From a bacterium (lineage in GTDB: Bacteria; JADJOY01), in contig JAXLQJ010000009.1 of NCBI GenBank assembly GCA_046331705.1, positions 1 through 64,000 on the forward strand: a stretch of DNA of 64,000 nucleotides. Reading direction: 5' to 3'. Of the stretch, positions 46,104-55,968 are shown in pieces. The notes beneath the pieces were generated by a model. The model was not told the origin of the DNA. It did no database searches and was given only the letters and a program-made list of their open reading frames with translations. Each line of letters begins with the position of its first letter. The stretch's first letter is position 1. A program made the position numbers and the translations under genes.

Positions 46104-47069
46104 TCACGCCACGTCCTCGGCTCGACGCGGGTCGGGCGGCGCCAGCGCGGCCTCGAGGATGCCCACGATCGCGTCCCAATCGGATTCCGGATGAAGAATG
46201 CGCTCGTCGTCCGCGGGCCGGAACCAGGCGCGTTGCCGCCGCGTGAACTGCCGGGTGGCGAGCACGATCGCGGCGAGGGTCGCCTCCGCGCGCGCGCCGG
46301 ACGCGCCGCCGCCACTCGAGAGATGCTCCCAGACCTCGCGATAGCCGAGCGCGCTCAGCGCCTTCGCGGATGGCGGAATCCCCGCCTCGCGCAGCGCCGC
46401 GACCTCCTCCAGGAAGCCACCCCGCCACATCGCGCGAGCCCGCGCCTCGATGCGCGCGTCGAGCTCGGCGCGCCCCCGATCCACCAGCACCCGCACGACG
46501 CGCGACGCGATCGGCGTCGCGGTCCCGAAGCTGCTGAGCGGACGCCCCGTCTGACGGTGCACCTCGACCGCTCGCGCGACGCGCACGGCGTCGTTCGGGT
46601 GGAGCCGAGCAGCGGAGGGCGCGTCGACGGACGCGAGCTTCGCGTGCAACCACGGCGCACCGTGAGCGGCGAGCTCGGCGCGCACCGCCGCGCGCACCTC
46701 GGGATCCGGGCTCGGCAGCTCGGGTAGCCCGGTGGTGAGCGCGCGTACGTAGAAGCCGCTGCCGCCCACGATCAGTGCCACACGCCCGCGCGCTGCGATG
46801 TCGGCCAGGGCCCTCTCGGCGAGGCGACGAAAGGATCCCGCATCGAAGTCCTGCTCCGGATCGACGACGTCCACCAGGTGATGCGGCACCCGCGCGCGCT
46901 CGTCGTGCGTGGGCTTGGCGGTGCCGACGTCCATGCGCCGATAGACCTGTCGCGAGTCCGCCCCCAGGATCTCGCCGCCGAAGCGCTCGGCGAGCGCCAC
47001 CGCCAGCGTGGTCTTGCCGACCGCGGTCGGTCCGCACACGACGATCACCAGCGGCCGCGGAGCCGTCAT
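46104..47069 (-). CDS. miaA: tRNA dimethylallyltransferase
   Basis: GPTAVGKT, DSRQVYRRMDVGTAKP, VGGSGFY and TRQFTRRQRAWF. Confidence 0.97.
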   Translation of the reverse strand: MTAPRPLVIVVCGPTAVGKTTLAVALAERFGGEILGADSRQVYRRMDVGTAKPTHDERARVPHHLVDVVDPEQDFDAGSFRRLAERALADIAARGRVALIVGGSGFYVRALTTGLPELPSPDPEVRAAVRAELAAHGAPWLHAKLASVDAPSAARLHPNDAVRVARAVEVHRQTGRPLSSFGTATPIASRVVRVLVDRGRAELDARIEARARAMWRGGFLEEVAALREAGIPPSAKALSALGYREVWEHLSSGGGASGARAEATLAAIVLATRQFTRRQRAWFRPADDERILHPESDWDAIVGILEAALAPPDPRRAEDVA

Positions 47070-48913
47070 CGCCGCCCCACCCGGCGCTCGATCTCCGCGA
47101 TCGGGAGCTCGAGGATGACGTTCCGCCCGTGCGGGCAGTTGCCGCGAAAATCGGTCTGGTCCAGGGCGCGCAACAGCTCGCGCATCTCGTCGAGCGAGAG
47201 CACCCGTCCAGCGCGCACCGAGCCGTGACACGCCATGCGGCCGAGCACCTCCTCGAGCGCGGCCGACGAGGCAGCGCCGGCGGGCGCGGCGAGCCCTTCG
47301 TCGGCGTCGAGCAGCTCGCTCACGAGGCGTGCCAGCTCGCCGTGCTGCACCAGCAACGCCGGGATGTGCTTGACCAGCACCGCGCCACCGCCGAACGGCT
47401 CGAGCCCGAATCCCAACCGCTCGAGCAACGGCGCACGCTCCGCCGCCAGCTGCGCCCGCACCGGCCCCACCTCGAGCGACTCCGGGATGAGCAGCTCCTG
47501 CACCGCCACGGTTCCGCCCAGGCATTGCGCGCGCAATCGCTCGAAGGTGACGCGCTCGTGGGCCGCGTGCTGATCGATGAGCACGAGCCCACCCCCACCT
47601 TCGCAGACCAGATACGTGCGGTGGAGCTGGCCGATCGGGCGCAAGGAGCCGAAGAAGCCCTCGCCGAGCGAACGCCCGGGCTCGGAGGGGGCCGAGGGCG
47701 AGCGGTCCTCGGGAGCACTCGTCGGGGCGGGAGTCGCGGGTTCCGGCCGTTCGCGCAAGGTCCAACCGGGAAGATCTCGACCCACGAACGCCGCGAACCC
47801 CTCGCGTTCGGCGGCGGGGGCCGGCGCCGCAGGCAGCGGCGCGAATGGAACCGACACCAAGGGCGCTTCGGCGGCCTCGCGATCCCCGAGCTCGCCGCGC
47901 TCGCGATTGGCGCCGATCCAGGGCGCCATCTTGAGCCCATCGCGCACCGCGTGGTGGACGAGACGGTGGATCGCGGCGGCGTCGCGGAAACGGACCTCGG
48001 TCTTCGCGGGATGCACGTTGACGTCGACGGCGTCGAGGGGGATCTCGAGACGCAGCACCACGATCGGGTAGCGCCCGGCGGGATTGAGCGAGCCATATCC
48101 GCTCAGCACCGCGTGGATGAGCCCGCGGTCGCGGATCACGCGTCCGTTGACGTCCACGTAGTGGGCGCTCGCCGTGGGCCGGGTCACGCCGGGCTTGGCG
48201 ATCAGGCCGTGCAGCGCGGCGTCGCCCTCCATCCCGTCGACCTGATGCATGGACACCGCGACGTCGCGACCCAGCACCGCGAGCACCCGATCGGTGAGCG
48301 TGGACGCGGCGGGAGCCTCGAGCAGTGTGCGGCTCTCGTGGACGAGCGTGAAGGTGACGGCGGGCCGCGCCAGCGCCAGTCGCTGCATCCAGTCCGCGAC
48401 GTGACGCAGCTCCGTCCCATCGGCCTTGAGGAAGGCGCGGCGCGCCGGGGTGTTGAAGAAGAGATCCGAGACCACCACGCGCGTTCCCGGCGGCGCGCCC
48501 GCCTCGCCGCGCGCCTGCAGCCGCCCGCCCTCGACGCGGATCCGGTGGCCGGCGAGATCGTCCGCGCGCCGGCTCACGATCTCGAGACGCGACACGGCCG
48601 CGATCGAGGGCAGTGCTTCGCCGCGGAACCCGAGGGTCGCGATGGCGTCGAGGTCCTCCGCCCCGGCGAGCTTGCTGGTCGCATGACGGGTGAGCGCGAG
48701 CGCCAGCTCGTCGCCGCTCATGCCGCTACCGTCGTCGGTGACCTGGATCCATTCCTTCCCGCCGCCGCTCAGCTCGACCGAGACCCGGCTGGCGCCGGCG
48801 TCGAGCGCGTTCTCGACCAGCTCCTTCACCACCGAGAACGGCCGCTCCACCACCTCGCCGGCGGCGATGCGATTGATCAGATCGTCGGGCAGAACCCGGA
48901 TGCGCGACGTCAC
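47066..48913 (-). CDS. mutL: DNA mismatch repair protein MutL, endonuclease type
   Basis: NRIAAGEVVERP, HATSK, GFRGEAL and DVNVHPAK, plus endonuclease motifs DQHAAHERVTFE, ACH and CPHGR. Confidence 0.98.
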   Translation of the reverse strand: MTSRIRVLPDDLINRIAAGEVVERPFSVVKELVENALDAGASRVSVELSGGGKEWIQVTDDGSGMSGDELALALTRHATSKLAGAEDLDAIATLGFRGEALPSIAAVSRLEIVSRRADDLAGHRIRVEGGRLQARGEAGAPPGTRVVVSDLFFNTPARRAFLKADGTELRHVADWMQRLALARPAVTFTLVHESRTLLEAPAASTLTDRVLAVLGRDVAVSMHQVDGMEGDAALHGLIAKPGVTRPTASAHYVDVNGRVIRDRGLIHAVLSGYGSLNPAGRYPIVVLRLEIPLDAVDVNVHPAKTEVRFRDAAAIHRLVHHAVRDGLKMAPWIGANRERGELGDREAAEAPLVSVPFAPLPAAPAPAAEREGFAAFVGRDLPGWTLRERPEPATPAPTSAPEDRSPSAPSEPGRSLGEGFFGSLRPIGQLHRTYLVCEGGGGLVLIDQHAAHERVTFERLRAQCLGGTVAVQELLIPESLEVGPVRAQLAAERAPLLERLGFGLEPFGGGAVLVKHIPALLVQHGELARLVSELLDADEGLAAPAGAASSAALEEVLGRMACHGSVRAGRVLSLDEMRELLRALDQTDFRGNCPHGRNVILELPIAEIERRVGRR

Positions 48914-50949
48914 GAAGCGCCGCCCCGAGCGCGCGCTTCGCGCTCGCGCGGGCAGCTCTCGAGCAGCTCCTCGAGGCCCGCGACCCACGAGATCCCCGCC
49001 TTCCACGGGCCGAGAACGGACTCGCTGCGTCGCCACCACTCCGCCGCGTCCTCGCAGGCGAGCATGGCGGCCTGCCAGCCGGCGTAGCGCGCGACCGGCA
49101 GGATCGCCTCCTCGAAATCGTCCACCTCGCGCAACCAGAAGCGACGCGAGCCGCCCACCTGGAAGCTCGTGAGCCAATCCGCGAGCACGAGCGGGGCATC
49201 CGCCGTGGGCGCGAGCCGATCGTCGCCACCCTCGGCAGCAGCGTAGGCGAACAGCAACCCGGCGGGACGGACCCGGAAGAAGAGATCGTCCGCCTCCGAC
49301 TGCCACGCGATCGGGCGCCCGCGGCGATGGTTGAGGTCGAGGAACGCACGCATGTGCACGACCCGATCGGCCCGGGTCTCGAGCGCGCCGGTCTGTGGCA
49401 CCGCCACGTCCGGAACGCGTCCCGGATCGAGGCGCATGCGCTGGGTCTCGTACACCTCGTTCCGGAACACCACGTCGACGTCGGTTCGATAGCCCTCGAC
49501 CTCGCGCAGATAGCCGAAGAGCGGCCACAGGTGCGCGGCGAGGAGAATCGTGTCGGGCGCCAGCGGACGCACCATCGCACGGGTGAGGTCGTCGGACCGG
49601 ACGTCCTCGGCGTATCGCTGGAACGCGTCGCCGACGCTCGCCACGCGAGCGGCGGCGGGCGCGAGCGCCACGACCGCCACGCCGAGTCGCGCCAGCGCCG
49701 CTCGCGAGCCGGCGCGGGACGCCGCGAGCGCGCCCACCGGCAGGCACGCGAGGGCTGCCGCCAGCAGATAGATCGGGTTGTATCCCGTCGGATTCGCCCA
49801 TTTCCCCACGGGGATCGCGAACGCCAGGTGCGCGGCGATCAAGAGCGTCACCACCCAGCCCGCCGCGGGCGCCCGCAGCGCGAGCAGGGCCAGCCCGGCC
49901 ATCGCCAGCGCCTCGCCGAACCACCCGAGTTGCTCGAGCAGGTAGCCGTGCAGCAAGCCGCACCACACGGCCGCGCCGGCCAGGCGAGCGCCGATCCCCC
50001 GCACCATCGCGCCGATTCCACTCGACGCCGCGGACGACGCGCCGGCAGGAACGCCGGTTGCGCTTGCGCCCACCGGCGCGGGAGCGGACTCGGCGCTCTG
50101 CTCGTCGTGGTGCTCCCAGTCCTTCTCGTCCGTCAGGTGATAGCGAAGGCGATCCAAGGTCACCGCGTCACCCCAGTTGATCGAGGGGCGAGCGGCTGCG
50201 CGCACGGGCACGTACGCGAACACCGCGCCGCCCAGCAGCACCAGGCTCGCGAGCACGCCCGCGGCGCGGGGAGTGATCGCGCCACGCTCGCGAACCAGCC
50301 ACCACGCGAGCAGCGCGACGAGGTCGAACGCGAACGACACGTGCACTCCGGTGCCGAGCGCCGTGAGCAGCACCAGCGCCGCGAGCGGCCGGAGGTCGTG
50401 GCGTGCCCCGGGAGCGACCGCGGTGCGCAACCACGCCAGCGCGAGCACCCCGGTGAGCAGCGCCTGCAGCGCGTAGACCTCGGCGGTGGCCGCGTGCTCG
50501 CGATAAACGGGTGAGCCCACCAGCGCGAGCGGTGCCAGGGAGGCGACCAGACAACCCGTCCTCAGCGGCAATCGCGGGCAGGCCATCGCGAGCAACGCGA
50601 TCGCGAGGCGATAGGCGACCGCGAGCCCCACCGCCGCCGCCAAGCACGAGAGCAGGTTGACCCGCCAGGCAATCGCTCCCACCGGCAGCAGCGCGGCGAG
50701 CCTGCCGAGCATCGCCGGCACGGGAGATCCGGGCGGGTGCGGGACCCCCAGGCTCGCGGCTGCCCACTGGAACTCGTCCACGTCTCGCCACGCCCCCGAG
50801 GGCGCGACACCGAGCACCAGCACCGCGAAACCAGCGACGAGCACCGCGCACGCGGCCAGCGAGACCACGAGCGACGCCTCTGACGTGACGAGGGTCGGGC
50901 CCGCCGGCGAATCCGGCTGGCCGGCACTGTCGCGCTGGTATTCGCCCAC
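48910..50949 (-). CDS. DUF2723/TMEM260-like GT-C membrane glycosyltransferase (about 679 aa)
   Basis: GTG start with GGGAGG Shine-Dalgarno. RDVDEF, LGVPHPPG, AEVYAL, INWGD and GYRTDV, with many TMs. Confidence 0.88.
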   Translation of the reverse strand: MGEYQRDSAGQPDSPAGPTLVTSEASLVVSLAACAVLVAGFAVLVLGVAPSGAWRDVDEFQWAAASLGVPHPPGSPVPAMLGRLAALLPVGAIAWRVNLLSCLAAAVGLAVAYRLAIALLAMACPRLPLRTGCLVASLAPLALVGSPVYREHAATAEVYALQALLTGVLALAWLRTAVAPGARHDLRPLAALVLLTALGTGVHVSFAFDLVALLAWWLVRERGAITPRAAGVLASLVLLGGAVFAYVPVRAAARPSINWGDAVTLDRLRYHLTDEKDWEHHDEQSAESAPAPVGASATGVPAGASSAASSGIGAMVRGIGARLAGAAVWCGLLHGYLLEQLGWFGEALAMAGLALLALRAPAAGWVVTLLIAAHLAFAIPVGKWANPTGYNPIYLLAAALACLPVGALAASRAGSRAALARLGVAVVALAPAAARVASVGDAFQRYAEDVRSDDLTRAMVRPLAPDTILLAAHLWPLFGYLREVEGYRTDVDVVFRNEVYETQRMRLDPGRVPDVAVPQTGALETRADRVVHMRAFLDLNHRRGRPIAWQSEADDLFFRVRPAGLLFAYAAAEGGDDRLAPTADAPLVLADWLTSFQVGGSRRFWLREVDDFEEAILPVARYAGWQAAMLACEDAAEWWRRSESVLGPWKAGISWVAGLEELLESCPREREARARGGAS

Positions 50950-51087
50950 CGCCCCAAGCCTCCCGACGTCGGTGGCGCTCGACCGCGGTCTGCGCCGCCA
51001 CGAACGAACCGTCCGCGCACGGTCGGACCGCCTTATAGCAGACGCTCGCGCGACGAATCCGCCGGATGTGCCGCGAGTCGAGCCGCC

Positions 51088-51125
51088 GAAAACGAAGCGG
51101 CCCCCCCACACCGTGGGAGGGCCGC
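51088..51125 (-). terminator. Intrinsic terminator of the OmpA-family gene
   Basis: 13-bp GC stem with one G-U pair (GCGGCCCUCCCAC/GUGGGGGGGCCGC), followed by UUCGUUUUC, 25 nt after the stop codon. Confidence 0.85.
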
Positions 51126-51149
51126 GAGCAACCGATGGTTCGAGTCAGA

Positions 51150-52592
51150 TCACGGATGCGGAGCCGGGATGGGCGCGGTCACGCCAGGCAGACCACGCGA
51201 AGGCTCGCCACCTTCCGGCGTGATCACGACCTCGACGCGCCGATTCACGCTCCACGCCCACTCGCCCTTGGCCGGGATCAGCGGCGACTTCTCGCCGTAG
51301 CTCTTGGTGCTGAGCACCGAGGCCGGCACGCCGAACTTGATGAGCGCCGCCTTGACGGTGTCCGCGCGACGCGTGCCGAGCTTGTCGTTGTAGGCGTCCG
51401 AGCCACGCTCGTCGCAGTGACCGTCGATCTCCACCGACTTCACCTTCTTGCCCTTGATGTACTGGGCGAGCAGGTAGACCTTGCCGGTGCCGAGCGGGGT
51501 CAGGCTGTGCTTGTCGAACGCGAAGTTGACGTCGGGCAGGATGAAGCGCTCCTTCTCGACCACACGCTCGACGATCTTCTCGACCGGCGCCGCAGCCGCA
51601 GCGGCCTCGACCACCGGCCGAGCCACCGGGCCGGCGTAGCTCAAGGCCACGATGCCGCGGTAATCGTCGACCGCCTTGCTGATACCGAAGTCGACGCCGC
51701 CGGCGATACCGATGCCGTTGCCGACGCCGTAGCGCGCACCCGCGAACACCGACAGCGGATCGTCGTCGGCGTTCGAGAGATCGTTGGTCTCGCCGTGCAC
51801 CACGCCTTCGAGGGCGAACTTCTCGCCCGGCAGGTAGTAGTTACCGTAGATCGGGAGCTCGATGCCGCCATGGTACGAGAGCGTCGAGTCCACCTTCTCC
51901 GCGGGGCCCGCGCCGGTCTGGCTGCCGAGGACGAAGTTCCCAGCGAGGCCGGCGGTGAGCAGGATCGGTCCCTGGAACACGTACTCGCCCTTGCGACCGA
52001 GATCGATCGGCAGGTCGACCAGACCGCCCACCGAGATCACGTCCCGCTCGAGCCCCTCGCCGCCGATCAGCGAATCGATGTTGTCGCGGTAATCCACGCG
52101 ACCGGTCGCGCCGAACCGGTAGGTGACGAGCGCGGCCACGTTGATGGGCGCGATCTTGTCACCGTCGCCCAGCAGCTTGCCGTCCTTCAGGATGGCAACC
52201 TTGGCGCTGGCGGCGACGTCGCCGATGCCCTTGTGCTCGCCGTTCGGATCGCCGAGCTGCTCGCGGTTGGCGTTCCACACGAACGGCAGCCGGGCGCTCA
52301 CTTCGAGCCAGTCGAGCAAGCCCACCGCCGCCACCACCCGCAGCTCGTTGACGTGCGAGATCGTGTCGCGGAGGTTGGCGTCCTGGATTCGCATGTCGGC
52401 GATCGCGCCGAGCGAGAACTTGAATTGATCCAGGGTGCTCGCCGTCGGCACCAGGATCAGCCCGCTGGGACCGGCAAAGCTCGGGTGCGGCTGGATCGCA
52501 TCTTCTTCGGCGTGCGCGGGGCGGAAGGCCGAGGCCGTGAGCGCCAACGCGAGGCCGAGCACCACGGAATGGCTACGCCAGAACCGTTTCAT
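51150..52592 (-). CDS. OmpA-family outer membrane protein, beta-barrel plus peptidoglycan-binding domain (480 aa)
   Basis: Signal peptide, GPSGLILVPTA, barrel strands, and VNFAFDK...GHCDERGSDAYNDKLGTRRA...NRRVE. GAAGGAG Shine-Dalgarno. Confidence 0.92.
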   Translation of the reverse strand: MKRFWRSHSVVLGLALALTASAFRPAHAEEDAIQPHPSFAGPSGLILVPTASTLDQFKFSLGAIADMRIQDANLRDTISHVNELRVVAAVGLLDWLEVSARLPFVWNANREQLGDPNGEHKGIGDVAASAKVAILKDGKLLGDGDKIAPINVAALVTYRFGATGRVDYRDNIDSLIGGEGLERDVISVGGLVDLPIDLGRKGEYVFQGPILLTAGLAGNFVLGSQTGAGPAEKVDSTLSYHGGIELPIYGNYYLPGEKFALEGVVHGETNDLSNADDDPLSVFAGARYGVGNGIGIAGGVDFGISKAVDDYRGIVALSYAGPVARPVVEAAAAAAPVEKIVERVVEKERFILPDVNFAFDKHSLTPLGTGKVYLLAQYIKGKKVKSVEIDGHCDERGSDAYNDKLGTRRADTVKAALIKFGVPASVLSTKSYGEKSPLIPAKGEWAWSVNRRVEVVITPEGGEPSRGLPGVTAPIPAPHP

Positions 52593-52655
52593 CGTGATCA
52601 CTCCTTCAACGTGTGGGTGGAGATCACCCGTTCGTTCGCAGTCAAACACAGGTTG

Positions 52656-52684
52656 AATCTATGCCGGTGTTTCCGGGATGTCAA
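52656..52684 (-). promoter_or_regulatory. Near-consensus sigma70 promoter for the OmpA-family gene
   Basis: TTGACA-N17-TAGATT with an AT-rich stretch just upstream. Confidence 0.85.
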
Positions 52685-52850
52685 CTAAAAATCCTGAGCG
52701 TGCGGGTAGTTCGGGTCGCGCAGTCCTGGATTTGCGCAGCGCGTCATAGCACCCTCGGGCGGCGTTGTCACCTCGCCGCCCCAACGCCGTTGCATTTCGC
52801 CGGCGGCGGCCCGCGTCCGGGCCCCGACCGGCCCTCGGGCGGCGCCGCCC

Positions 52851-53920
52851 TCACTCCGTCTCGAGCGCCTGGGCGACCCACCCCAGCAGGTCGAACTCGT
52901 CATCGAGCACCACCCCGACCTCGAGCGCCGCGAGCGTCGGGACGTCGAGGACGCCGGACAGCTTCACCAAGTCCTTCGCCGTGGTCACGATCCGGCGCGC
53001 ATCCCGTGCCCGCGCCACCGCCGCGATCCGCGCCGCATCGGCGTGCGTGTACGCGTGGTGGTCGGGAAAGGTCAGGCTCTCGAGAACGCGAGCGCCGAGG
53101 CGCTCCACCGCCGCGACGAACGCGCCCGGATTCCCGATGCCGGCCACCGTCACGGCCGTCTCACCGCGCAAGCTCGCGAGCGGCGATTCGCGTCCAGCCG
53201 CATCACGCAGCGCGCGCGGCGCGAGCGCGAAGCGGCGCACCGGCACGCCCTCGGCCAGGTCGCGGATGCCATGGTGGATCAGCTCCTGCCAGGGATCACC
53301 CTCGGGTGCGCGCTTCACCAGCACCAGCGCCGCGCGCTTGAGCGCGCTCGGCGGCTCTCGCAGGAACGCGGCAACAGATGGCCGTTGCCGAATCCGCGCC
53401 CGCCGTCCACCACGACCAGGTCGAGGTCGCGGGCCAGGCGACGGTGCTGGAAGCCGTCGTCCAGGATGAGGAGGTGGCGGCCTCGCTCGACCGCGAAGCG
53501 CGCCGACGCCCGGATCGGCGCCCACGATGACCGAAGCACGGCACCGCGCGCGCCAGCATCACCGGCTCGTCGCTGCAACGGGCGGGGTCGGTTCTCCGCC
53601 ACCCGCGCCGGCTCGCCCGCATGCGATCTGCCGTAGCCGCGGCTCACGATCGCGACCGAACGACCGCGCCGGCCTGGACCGGCGGATGCGCGACCAGCGG
53701 CGTCTTCCCCGAGCCGCCCACCGCAGGTTGCCCACACAGATCGTTCGCGCGCCGACGCGGCAGGCCGGCTTCACGCCGCGGTCGTAGGCACGCGGTTGCG
53801 AACGCGCACCACCGTCTCGAAGACCAGCGAGCACGCCCACAGCGCCCCGTCCGCGACTCGCGAGCCGGTGGACCCGGCCTCCGACCAGAATGCGCGCTCG
53901 ATCCGGGCTCGCGTCAGCAT
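52851..53920 (-). CDS. lpxK: Tetraacyldisaccharide 4'-kinase, broken by several frameshifts (probably sequencing error)
   Basis: Fragments in different frames: ICVGNL, VAIVSRGYG, DEP, LILDDGFQHRRLARDLD, LREP, AGIGNP, FPDHH and TTAKD. Start MLTRARIERAFW at 53920. Confidence 0.85.
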
Positions 53921-55260
53921 GATCCGCCGGCGTAGTCTCGCCGCCCTCGACGAGCGCGCGCAAGCAGTCCACGGTGTTGCGTCGCGCCCCGGTGGCGATC
54001 AGCGCTCGCCCTGCCCTTCCCATCGCCGCGCGGCGGGCCGGATCCGCCAAGCTCGACAGTTGCACCGCCTCGGCGGCGCTCGCGACCCGCAGCGCCGCGC
54101 CGGCAGCGGTGAGCGCGCTCGCGATCCTCGCAGCTTTCCGCGGGCCGAACAGAACGGCAAAGCTCGCGCCGCCGGCTCGAGCAGATTGTGGCCGCCGATC
54201 GGAGCCAGCGTGCCGCCCACGAAGGCGATGTCGCCGGCGCCGTAGACCTGGGCGAGCTGACCGATCGTGTCGAGGATGCGGACCGTCGGCGCGCTCGCGC
54301 CTCGCGGCCCGGCTGCGAGCGCCGCACGTAGTTTCGCGCCGCGCCTTCAGCAGCCGCGCCGGGACGTTCTCGAATCGTTCGGGTGGCGCGGCGCGAGCAC
54401 CAGCGCCGCGGGCTTGCCCGCGGCGAGGAGCCGGCTGATCGAGCGCCGCGAGCAGGATCTCGTCCTCGCCCTCGGGTGCTTCCGGCGACCACCACTTCGG
54501 CGAGCGCCCCGCGAGGCCGAGCCCCCGCGCGCAGCCGCCCGCGTGCGTCCTCGTCGAGGGTCTGGATCTCGAGATCGAACTTGAGATCATCAACACCTGG
54601 ATGCGCTCGGCGGGGAGCTCCCATCGCCGCGAGCCGATCCCGAAACTCCTCGGTCTGCACGCAGAGCCCGACTCGCCGCAGCGCCCCGGCGAGGAAGCCG
54701 AAGGTGGTGCGATACCGCCGCGCGCTGCGCTCCGAGACGCGCCTGTTCGCTATCGCCGTGGGCACGCACGCGCGCTCGAGCTCACGCAGCAAGCCCGGCC
54801 AGACCTCGCTCTCGGTGCTCACGAACAGCCGCGGGCGAATGGCGCGAATGGCACGGCGCGTGACGAATCCCAGATCGAGCGGCAGATATAGGACGTCGGT
54901 TCCCGCGGGCGCCTTGGCGCGGCGGTCTGGTTGGCGGTCACCGTGACCGTGCTCAGCACCACGCGATCGCCGGGCGTGCCGTCGGCACGCGGGGCGGCCA
55001 GCGCGCGCACCAGCGGCAGGATCGCGGTGACCTCGCCCACCGAGACGGCGCGGATCCAGATCGGTCGCGGCCTGCCGAAGAGATGCGCCCGAACCAGGGT
55101 GCGTAGCGGGCCCACCGCTCGCCCAGTCGGTTGCGCACCTCGGGTGTCGCGAACCAGCGGTAGATCCAGAGCGGGTGAGCGCCACCAGGCCGACGATCAG
55201 CGCGAGGTCGTAGAGCCGGTAGACCAGGCTCGAGCCCGTCGCCGGTCGCGGGTCGATGAG
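53914..55260 (-). CDS. waaA: Kdo transferase, broken by several frameshifts (probably sequencing error); start approximate
   Basis: Fragments IWIRAVSVGEV, YLPLD, ESEVWP, LKFD, VAGST, PERF and GGTLAPIGGHNLLEPAA. Confidence 0.88.
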   Translation of the reverse strand, partial: LIDPRPATGSSLVYRLYDLALIVGLVALTRSGSTAGSRHPRCATDWASGGPATHPGSGASLRQAATDLDPRRLGGRGHRDPAAGARAGRPACRRHARRSRGAEHGHGDRQPDRRAKAPAGTDVLYLPLDLGFVTRRAIRAIRPRLFVSTESEVWPGLLRELERACVPTAIANRRVSERSARRYRTTFGFLAGALRRVGLCVQTEEFRDRLAAMGAPRRAHPGVDDLKFDLEIQTLDEDARGRLRAGARPRGALAEVVVAGSTRGRGRDPARGARSAGSSPRASPRRWCSRRATRTIRERPGAAAEGAARNYVRRSQPGREARARRRSASSTRSVSSPRSTAPATSPSWAARWLRSAATICSSRRRELCRSVRPAESCEDRERAHRCRRGAAGRERRRGGATVELGGSGPPRGDGKGRASADRHRGATQHRGLLARARRGRRDYAGGSC

Positions 55261-55968
55261 CGATCGCCGGCGCGATCGAGCCGCGCGCCTCGCGCGCTGG
55301 CGTTGTTGAGCCTGCGCGTCAACTCCTCGGTGAGCGCCTGGATCTGCTCCGCGTCGAGCCCCGGCGGCGCCGTGAGGTCCGGCTCGATCGCGTACACGAT
55401 GCGCGCGAACGGGGCCGGCAGCAGGAATCGATCCCAGCTCCCGAGCTTCGTCGCGGGACTCGCCACCCACGAAACGGGCGTCACGGGTACGCCCGCCGCC
55501 GACGCGAGGATCGCGGCGCCGGGCGCGGCCACCTCGCACGGGCCGCGTGGGCCGTCGGGCGTGATGGCGAGATTGCCGCCCTCGCCCAGGCGCCGGATCA
55601 TCTCCTGCACCGCGCCCTTGGCGCCGTGGCTCGACGAGCCGCGCACCGCGCCGATGCCGAAGTGGCGGATCGTGCGGGTGATGGTTGCCATCGCGATGCT
55701 CGGAGATGAGCACGTCCATGGGCTGGTCGGGCCACAGCATCTGCGGAAAGGCCAGCATGCGGCCGTGCCAGAAAGCGAGCACGAACGGGCCGCGGCGCCA
55801 CAGGCCCGGATAACGCTCGGCCTCCAGGATGCGCACCCGGCAGGTGAGCCACCAGCCGGACGAGAGCGCCGCGAGGGGAGGCCTGGCCCAGAGCGTGAGG
55901 CGCTGCAGCTGTCGCTTGCGGAACTGGCGCCAGCGGCTCTTGGGTCGCGCGGGCTTCGCGTCGCTCAA
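55197..55968 (-). CDS. DUF374 / LpxJ-like lysophospholipid acyltransferase-family protein, with a frameshift near 55690
   Basis: AFWHGRM and LISEHRDG, then VRGSSSHG, AITPDGPRGP and SWDRFLLPAPF in another frame. TTG start overlaps the msbA stop. Confidence 0.85.

Noticed and set aside
53914-55968. 684-aa ORF resembling a DUF374-WaaA fusion
   Set aside because: A mosaic created by frameshifts: it has only the DUF374 N-terminus and scattered WaaA segments, separated by non-homologous sequence.
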